From Salpingoeca rosetta (taxonomy: Eukaryota; Protista; Choanoflagellata): a stretch of 64,000 bases of DNA. Of the stretch, positions 55,639 to 64,000 are shown piece by piece. The number at the start of each line of letters is the position of its first letter. Within the stretch, counting starts at the first letter, position 1. The stretch covers positions 376,728 to 440,727 of the forward strand of contig JAWQFM010000034.1 in assembly GCA_033442325.1 (NCBI GenBank), read 5' to 3'. The notes under the pieces are model-generated. The model saw only the letters and a program-made list of their open reading frames with translations, was not told where the DNA came from and searched no databases. Position numbers and translations under genes: made by a program.

Positions 55639-56228
55639 GTTGTTGTTGTTGTTGTGTGGGGGCACTTTCGGGGCGTTGAGTGCGCCCGTGTTGTTGCTGC
55701 TTTTCATAAACGGAGAGAAGAACATTATTGTCGTGGGTCTACTTCTGTGTTTTCACATGGGATGGCGGAAGCGGCACATTGGGGCTGGCAGTGTGGATAA
55801 TGGGAGGGCGCGCTCAGCTCTGTCAAAACACACACACACACACACATACATACACACACACACACATACATACATACATACACACAGAGAGTGTTCAATT
55901 CCATGTCCTTGTTTGATTGATCCTTCCAATGTCGTGACTGCTGCTCTGTTGCGTTCCCCTGGCCATTCCTGTTCACCCCTTTCACTGTTGCACACATACC
56001 ATCGACACCACCGGTAACAGCAGCAACAGCCACGGTGACTAGCCAGCACCTCCTTCGATCATACGCCACGTTGCCACTTGTCGAACCAACCACGACCAAT
56101 ACCATCACGATCAATGCCATCACGACCAATGCGTCCATCGTCGCTTGTTGCATCATCGCCAACACCTGCTATCTGGCTACTTGTGCTTCTGCCCGCCGTT
56201 GCCTGCATGCATGCCCACGCCTCCGTCT

Positions 56229-58255
56229 CTACTTGAACGCTGCGAGGCGAGGATCAACCAATGATGATGATGATGAAACTGCGGATGACGACGATGGCGG
56301 CGGTGCCTGGTGGTAGGGATATGGCACAGCCGTCGACACGCGTGCACCACCACTGCCACGACCACCGCCACTACCGCTGCCTGCACTCGCGAGAATTCCC
56401 GGGTACAGCACACTGTCCACAGCCAGAGGGGCATGACCAGGCGCGGTCGCTGACAGCGACGATGACGACGATGACGGCAACGGCTGTGGTGGTGGCCGGT
56501 GCTGTTGCTCGTACTGGTGGTCGTGATACGCCTCTGGTGGCGGGGCTGTGGCCGGGTGTGACGAAGGTGGCGGTCCTATCCCGGTGAAGGGGGAAGGGGT
56601 GATGCGATAAATGGAAGGGAGATGATGTGGGTGAGCTTGGGCTGTTGGACACGCAAATACACAGTCGACTGGACGATGATATGACACCCACACCCATACA
56701 CACACACATGCAGGCGACACACGGAGGGGCAGAGACAGGGCAGGAAATCGAGACAGAGACAGCAAGAGAAGAGACAGTCGCGCACACACACACATACGCA
56801 CACACATACACACGTACGTACGTACCAGGATATGAGGTGTATTTGCCTTGCAATGGGGGTTCACGAGCGTATGCAACCTCCCCAGCCTGCCGCTGGTGGT
56901 ACGGGTGTGGTGGAGCGTGACGTTGGGCCCGAGGCTGCTGCCCATACCTACTGTACCCTCCATACCCTCCGTACCCTTCGTGCCCTGTTTGCGCTTGAGC
57001 TGTGGCGTAGCGATCGGCAGGTGGCGGCGCATGCTCGCGTGGTCGGGCAGCATATGGCGACGATGACGATGGTGATGGTGGTGCCTGCTGCTGGTACTGC
57101 TGCTGCTCGCCGTGCCCGTGGGCATGCGCATGTGGGTGTGGGTGTGACGGTGCGAATGCATACGGGGACACATGTTGCTGTGGCGGTGGATGTGACTCGT
57201 GTGGGTAGTGTTGAGGCTGTGGTGGTGGTGGTGGTGGTGGACGCGACTGCTGAGGTGGATGCTGAGGAGAGAACGCGTGAGGATGTGGTGGTGCAGGCGC
57301 GTCGTGCCTGTAGCGGTCAAGCGGCGGCGGCGGCGAACGCACTGCACATGTAGACATGATGGCGCCAAAGTTGCATACATGCACGAGCACATTCGATTCG
57401 AGGGAGTGAGCAAGATCCTCATAAACAAACGAAGAAAGGTGGTAAGTTAACAACGTGCCGAACACACAGGGCCGAGCACGCACACACACACACACACACA
57501 TGTACACATGCACACACATGCACACACATGCACACATATGCACACACACACACATGCACACACATACCCGGATCGCGTCGTTGCCTCATAGGGCTGCGCT
57601 CCCGTCCCCGACCATGACTACCACCACCACCGCCAACACCGTAATATCGTCCACCACCACCAACGCCATGGCTATCGTCACCACGCCTGCGGCCCAGTGC
57701 ACCGACTCGACCACGGACGTCGCGCTCAGCGTTGCCACGCGGCATCCCCTGATCATACCCACGATACGCCCCACCATCATGACGACGACCACCATCGTAC
57801 CGATCCATGCGAGCATCCCGCTCACGGCTGCGACTGCGACCCCTTCGACCGACAATTGTGTCTCCACGATCAGAGCGCACAGGGCGCTGATACGGCTGCT
57901 GCTGCTGCTGCTGCCCGTTGTACTGTCGACTGCGTGTCTCGCGGTGGTCAAAACGTTCGGGCGACCGCTGATATGCGCGGGCACGAGGCGGTGTCGACCC
58001 GATACGCGCGCGTGACGATGCTGATGACGGCGACGGTGAATATGGAGGCGAGTTGCGACTACGACTACGACCGCGCCCGCGGTGATCGTGTGGATGGCGG
58101 TGAGGGCGGCCGTCATGCTGGCGCGCTCGCTGTCGTGCATACACCATATCTGGGCGCTGCTGGCGTTCGCGAACGTGTTCTTGGCCCAGATACTCGCGTG
58201 GCGTCGCAAACTCAATCTGCAACACACTCCCTCGGATCTCCTGTTTGTGTTGTGC

Positions 58256-58323
<68 letters not shown>

Positions 58324-59274
58324 TGCCGGACCTTCCTGACTGTTATAAGCGACAAGCTGAAACTACCTGACGATGACCAACCTGCAGCGCTGTCGATTAC
58401 GCCCTCGATTTTGGCCGATTCCTGTTTTTGCTTAATTAGGATCAGNNNNNNNNNNNNNNNNNNNNNNNNNNNNNNNNNNNNNNNNNNNNNNNNNNNNNNN
58501 NNNNNNNNNNNNNNNNNNNNNNNNNNNNNNNNNNNNNNNNNNNNNNNNNNNNNNNNNNNNNNNNNNNNNNNNNNNNNNNNNNNNNNNNNNNNNNNNNNNN
58601 NNNNNNNNNNNNNNNNNNNNNNNNNNNNNNNNNNNNNNNNNNNNNNNNNNNNNNNNNNNNNNNNNNNNNNNNNNNNNNNNNNNNNNNNNNNNNNNNNNNN
58701 NNNNNNNNNNNNNNNNNNNNNNNNNNNNNNNNNNNNNNNNNNNNNNNNNNNNNNNNNNNNNNNNNNNNNNNNNNNNNNNNNNNNNNNNNNNNNNNNNNNN
58801 NNNNNNNNNNNNNNNNNNNNNNNNNNNNNNNNNNNNNNNNNNNNNNNNNNNNNNNNNNNNNNNNNNNNNNNNNNNNNNNNNNNNNNNNNNNNNNNNNNNN
58901 NNNNNNNNNNNNNNNNNNNNNNNNNNNNNNNNNNNNNNNNNNNNNNNNNNNNNNNNNNNNNNNNNNNNNNNNNNNNNNNNNNNNNNNNNNNNNNNNNNNN
59001 NNNNNNNNNNNNNNNNNNNNNNNNNNNNNNNNNNNNNNNNNNNNNNNNNNNNNNNNNNNNNNNNNNNNNNNNNNNNNNNNNNNNNNNNNNNNNNNNNNNN
59101 NNNNNNNNNNNNNNNNNNNNNNNNNNNNNNNNNNNNNNNNNNNNNNNNNNNNNNNNNNNNNNNNNNNNNNNNNNNNNNNNNNNNNNNNNNNNNNNNNNNN
59201 NNNNNNNNNNNNNNNNNNNNNNNNNNNNNNNNNNNNNNNNNNNNNNNNNNNNNNNNNNNNNNNNNNCGTTGTTG

Positions 59275-59345
<71 letters not shown>

Positions 59346-59948
59346 GTCGAGAGTGTGAATATGTTCTTGTGTCGAGGATGCATGTTTGTCGAAAACTCTT
59401 TCGTCCTGCACAAGGCATATGCGCACACACACGCACACACGTACACACACACACACACACCATGCGAACGGTGGTAGCCTCTTGCGCCTCTTCGACTGTG
59501 CGAAAGATGGCAAAGGCAAAGCCGCGCGACTTGCCGCTGTCTTTGAATCTCGGGATTACAACTACAACAGAGCCGCAAACAAGGTGGACAGCATATGAGC
59601 AAGAGACAGCAACCCGCAGCAGTCTACCAACCACATCTGACACCACGTTCTCACAGCCCAGATCACACACACCACGTTCTCACAGCCCAGATCACACACC
59701 CTCTCTCTCTCTCTATCTATCTCTCTCTATCTATCTATCTATCTCTCTCTGTGACACAGATACAGACAAACACACACACACGCTGACACACACACACACA
59801 CACAACCTTCAATGACAGGCGCGACAGCTGCAAACGCGTCCGCAATCTCCTTCTCTGTCGTGGCGAGCGGCACGCCTTTGAGGAACAGCTTGCGCCCTTC
59901 CATGGCCGCCTGATCGGCCTCTTTCCTCGACAACCCGGACGGAGGCAT
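56229..59948 (-). CDS. RRM-domain RNA-binding protein with RS/RG- and P/H/Q-rich low-complexity tail
   Basis: RNP2 KLFLKGV and RNP1 SRGFAFAIF. The RRM is completed across the gap-containing intron (TVRM|[12 protein letters not shown]). RSRSRNSPP and RGRSRSRER follow. Confidence 0.75.
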
Positions 59949-60115
59949 GCTTGCACTGCACAATAGCAACAACACAACAAGCGTGCAAGCAAGCAACAGC
60001 GACCCAAGTGAACCTGTTGCTCGGTGTTGAGTCGACACACACCAAGAATGATGCGATTGTGGAGGAATTGCAATGATTTCCAACAACAATCGGCAGACGG
60101 AGGATGTGAACACAC

Positions 60116-60147
<32 letters not shown>

Positions 60148-60191
60148 TCTCTCTCTCTCTCTCTCACACCCTCTCTCTCACACACACGCAT

Positions 60192-60289
<98 letters not shown>

Positions 60290-61031
60290 TCTCTCTCACA
60301 CACACGCATGCACAAACACACACGCATGCACAAACACACACACACTCACTCTCACTCTCACTCTCTCCCTCTCTCTCACACACACGCATGCACAAACACA
60401 CACGTGCACACGCATCTTGCTGGAGCATAGTTTACTACAGAGAACAACACCAGCCCAGAACAAAGGAAGCTATTATCAAACACACACTCACTGAATGCAC
60501 CGACAAACAAAACTAACACCAACCTACGCACAGCTACCACACACAAATGTGCCACCCATCAACGCCTTTGGTCCAAAACGACACACCTACAAGCTGCTGC
60601 GTGGCAAGTCAACACAGCCCACGCGGTAAACAAGACATAAACAAGCAGCAAACCCAATCAAAACAAAAAGGCAAACAGGAAGCACAACAAAGCAAAAGCA
60701 GGGGCCACATCAAGGGGAACAACGCGCGTGTGTCAACACAAACCAAAACTACCACGCGTATGTAAACATGGAACAATCAAGCACATGCCAGTACGCCATC
60801 AGCAACTGCAACACAATATGCTACAATGAACATCTCTCTCGCGCGCACACGCGCTGCTACCTGTGCAACGCCTCCGCCGCAGCACACTCACATTCTCACG
60901 CGCACACACTCTCTCTTTCCCTCAATCACACACACGCACTCTCTCTTTCCCTCACTCACTCACACGCACAAGCACACGCACACACTCTCACGCACACGCA
61001 CGTACAGGTCTACACAACATCACCTCCCCCT

Positions 61032-63212
61032 TCAGTCGTCAGCACAGCACACGACAGCGCGCGTGCGCTGGGGCTTCGTGCAGGAAAACCGGACACGCGC
61101 CTTCTTGAACCGCGCCGTCTGCACGTGGTTCTTGCGGCGTACACATGGTGTATCTGTCCAGAAGCGGTCACGGTTGTGTCGCGGACACGTGCGGCTGGGC
61201 GGTGTTACGGCAACTTCCTCCACCGTGCACACGCGCGCGCCAACGCCCTCGCACGTGCGGGCGACCTTGTTCTGCTTGCGCCGGCGACACCACCCTGTTC
61301 GGTCAATTGCCGTTGCCAAGCACACCCCCCGATAGGACGTCCACCCAAGCTCGCTGCACGTCTTCTCGCTCAGACCAGTGCGGTTCGCTGTGGTTGTTGT
61401 TGTCGTTGTTGTTGTTGACGTGGTGGTGGTTGTTGTTGTCGTGGTGGTTGTTGTTGTCGTTGTGGTTGTTGTTGTAGTTGTCGTTGAGGTTGTTGTGCTG
61501 GTTGTGGTTGTTGTTGTTGTCGACTGCGAGGCGAGCACCGCGCCGCGTGCTGCCGCCGTTGCGTAGAGCGTGGGCCGGCGCAGTCGCATCAGCTCCCGCA
61601 TGCGCAGCCGCTGCAGCGGCGTAAACCGCGTCACACACGCGTCCGTCGAGTAGTCCATAAAGTTCCATATTGCGTCAAGGCCCGGCGCATTGGGGCACGT
61701 GTCGCGCTGTGCAGGGCACCCCTGTGTTGCCGTCTTCTGCAGCGGCGTGTCTGCAATCTCATCGCCGCTCGCCTCGCTGCACACGCCGCGGCTGAACGTG
61801 TGCAGGAGCCCAAAGTAGTGCCCAGCCTCGTGCACGGCCGTGTCACCTTCGCCATACCACGTCAGCCGCCCGCCAGGGAGCGAGTTGTGGTCCACGAAGA
61901 TGGCGTGCTGCTTGCTCGTCTCCGCAAAGTCGTTTGGAAACACCGCAAAGCCAAGGATGCCGTTGCCAGGGCTACACGTGAACACGTTGAGCGTGGTGGC
62001 GGGGTCAATCACGTGCGCGTTCTTGATGTCTCTCGCGGCGTCTGGGTTGCCGCACGTCGTGTACAGGGCGTCGCTCGCCACATAGTTGACGCCGCGCAGT
62101 TCAAACTGCATGCCAATGTCCACCGCGTCTGCGTCGCCCGTCCGCCCCCTAAACGCGTCAGACATGACTTCCACCTGCGCCGCGATGGTGGCGGCGTCCA
62201 CCCGGCCAGTGCCGTCTGCAGCGTGCAGCACATGGAAGATGACAGGCACCACCAGCAGCGGGCTGGCATCGGGATCGCCACCACCACCACCGCCGCCGCC
62301 GTTGTTGGTGCTGCTGCCTGCTCGGCGGGGTCGCTGTGCTGCGCGGAGCATGGCCTGTGTCGCCGCCTCCTCTTCTGCAGACACGTTGCGCGTGCCGCAT
62401 CGCACCAGCGCAGACGCGTCAACAGCGGTGTTGGCGGAGGTGGACAGCGGCGGCGATGGCCCCGCACCGGCGCGTGTCGTCGTCGTTGCTGCCGGTGACG
62501 CTGCACCCGTGTCCGTGTCCTGTGCCACGTGTAACGGCAGCGGCGATGACGATGATGACCAGGGGTAGAACGCTACCCTGTCTCGTACAGACACGTCCTC
62601 ATCGCCATCATCATCATCGTCGCTGCGGTTGCTGCCACCATCATCATCATCGTCCGCATCGTCGTCATCCGCATCGCTGTAGTTGCCGTAGTAATCTTCG
62701 TAATTTTCGTAGTCATCGCTGGAGTAATCGTTGTCATCGTCATCGTTGTAGTAGTCATCATCGTCGTCAAAGTCATCGTCGTCATTGCGCACGGCATAGT
62801 CATTGATCCCACCATCACCAGCACTGTCGTCGTTGCTGAGGTGGGGCGTCAAGCTCTTGCGGTCTCGACTGAATGGGTTCTCATCCGTGCCCTGTGCTGG
62901 CGGTGGTGATGATGACGATGATGATGATGATGATGATGATGAGACTGGTAATGGTGGTGTTGGTGAAGGTACTCTTGCTGGCGATGGTGGTGTTGGTGAA
63001 GGTACTCTTGCTGGCGATGGTGGTGTTGGTGAAAGTACTCTTGCTGGCGATGCTGGTGGTGCTGCTACCCCTGTGTCGATCATGTGCTTGTCCTGTGCCC
63101 GCTCCAGAGGAGCAGCGCTGGCGATGAATGCGCCGTCTCGCTGCCGCTGTGTGTGGGACATTGCCAGGAGGAAGGCAACAATCACGGCCACAAAGGAGAA
63201 AGGAGGCCGCAT
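61032..63212 (-). CDS. Secreted pappalysin/ulilysin-family (M43) zinc metalloprotease with poly-Thr linker and Cys-rich C-terminal domain; intronless
   Basis: Signal peptide MRPPFSFVAVIVAFLLAMS, Cys-switch RCGT, VPVIFHVL, zinc motif HEAGHYFGLLHTF, Met-turn NFMDY, FTPLQRLRM, and C-terminal CEGVGARVCTVEEV...VVCCAD. Confidence 0.9.
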   Translation of the reverse strand: MRPPFSFVAVIVAFLLAMSHTQRQRDGAFIASAAPLERAQDKHMIDTGVAAPPASPARVLSPTPPSPARVPSPTPPSPARVPSPTPPLPVSSSSSSSSSSSSPPPAQGTDENPFSRDRKSLTPHLSNDDSAGDGGINDYAVRNDDDDFDDDDDYYNDDDDNDYSSDDYENYEDYYGNYSDADDDDADDDDDGGSNRSDDDDDGDEDVSVRDRVAFYPWSSSSSPLPLHVAQDTDTGAASPAATTTTRAGAGPSPPLSTSANTAVDASALVRCGTRNVSAEEEAATQAMLRAAQRPRRAGSSTNNGGGGGGGGDPDASPLLVVPVIFHVLHAADGTGRVDAATIAAQVEVMSDAFRGRTGDADAVDIGMQFELRGVNYVASDALYTTCGNPDAARDIKNAHVIDPATTLNVFTCSPGNGILGFAVFPNDFAETSKQHAIFVDHNSLPGGRLTWYGEGDTAVHEAGHYFGLLHTFSRGVCSEASGDEIADTPLQKTATQGCPAQRDTCPNAPGLDAIWNFMDYSTDACVTRFTPLQRLRMRELMRLRRPTLYATAAARGAVLASQSTTTTTTTSTTTSTTTTTTTTTTTTTTTTTTTTTTSTTTTTTTTTANRTGLSEKTCSELGWTSYRGVCLATAIDRTGWCRRRKQNKVARTCEGVGARVCTVEEVAVTPPSRTCPRHNRDRFWTDTPCVRRKNHVQTARFKKARVRFSCTKPQRTRAVVCCADD
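62953..63051 (-). repeat. 33-bp coding tandem repeat x3 (SPARVPSPTPP) in the protease pro-region
   Basis: ggtggtgttggtgaaggtactcttgctggcgat occurs three times with one substitution. Confidence 0.85.
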
Positions 63213-64000
63213 GTCGACTGTTGCCTTAAAACGTACAAGGGTGAACAAAGGGGGGGGGCATGTGCATGCATGAGTGAGGGTCGACGAGACAAAAGTGCTA
63301 GTGATGCTGGCGGTGGTGGTATTGGTGCTGGTGATGGTACTGGTGGTGGTGGTGGTGATGATGCTGCGTTGTTGGTGTGGGTTTTAGGGTACAAGCTACG
63401 CACACTCACACGCTCCCCCTCTCCTGTCGATGACATGTGGTCGATGCGCCCCATCTTGTACCCACACATGTTCATCCGAGCGCACATGCATGCACTCACA
63501 AGCACGCGCTGTTGCTCGCACACTGACCAAAACGCCAAAACGCGCTCGCCCGCCCACACGTACATGAAAGCCAGCTGCTGGTGGTTGTTGTTACGGTGAC
63601 CTCTCCTGTCGCAAGAGCCTAAATCGACGAATCTTGACTGTCGATGATCCTCGCTCACACCCTCCCTGGCCAGCATGCATGCGCCAAGAACACACAACGG
63701 ACCGTGGCAAAGAGGCGACAGGCGTGCCAGTGAGTGAACGAAGAGAGGCAAAACAAGTGCACGCAGTCGTGTTTGCGGTGTGTTCTTGTGCGAGGCCGTG
63801 TTTGCTTCGGCGCATTTTCCGCCGATAATAAATTTGCATGGAATCACATGCGCAGCGAATCATTGTTTTTTTTGTGTGTGTGTTTTGCTGACATGAAACA
63901 ATGTCGATGCGGAAGGTGCTGCTGCTGGTCGCATCAACGCTGATGTGGCTGGCGGTGCTTGTGCTGTTGTCTTGGAGCGGGCTGTGCGTGGTGACGCTTC

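Overview
Intron-rich eukaryotic genomic DNA with 7 assembly gaps, (CA/GT)n-filled introns and GT-AG splice sites. Composition and gene content suggest a choanoflagellate such as Salpingoeca rosetta (inference). I reconstructed about 13 genes by eye: a partial bHLH-like factor; a secreted Thr-rich Hog/Hint autoprocessing protein; an LRR receptor TKL kinase; two paralogous TIR/HET-like-TPR proteins; an LRR-ROC-COR (Roco) GTPase fused to a PARP-type ADP-ribosyltransferase with an intact H-Y-E triad; an LRR-ankyrin protein with freshly duplicated 254-bp exon+intron units; an F-box/LRR-like protein; a 7-bladed beta-propeller; a J1-crystallin/SelJ-like ADP-ribosylglycohydrolase; MCPH1; RAB3GAP2; an RRM/RS protein; and an M43 metalloprotease. 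There is also a 122-bp solo LTR with a 5-bp target-site duplication. The main candidate for a new system is the ~11-41 kb block of repeat-domain sensors coupled to NAD+/ADP-ribose enzymes, which resembles an innate-immunity island. All family assignments come from motif recognition; no searches were run.
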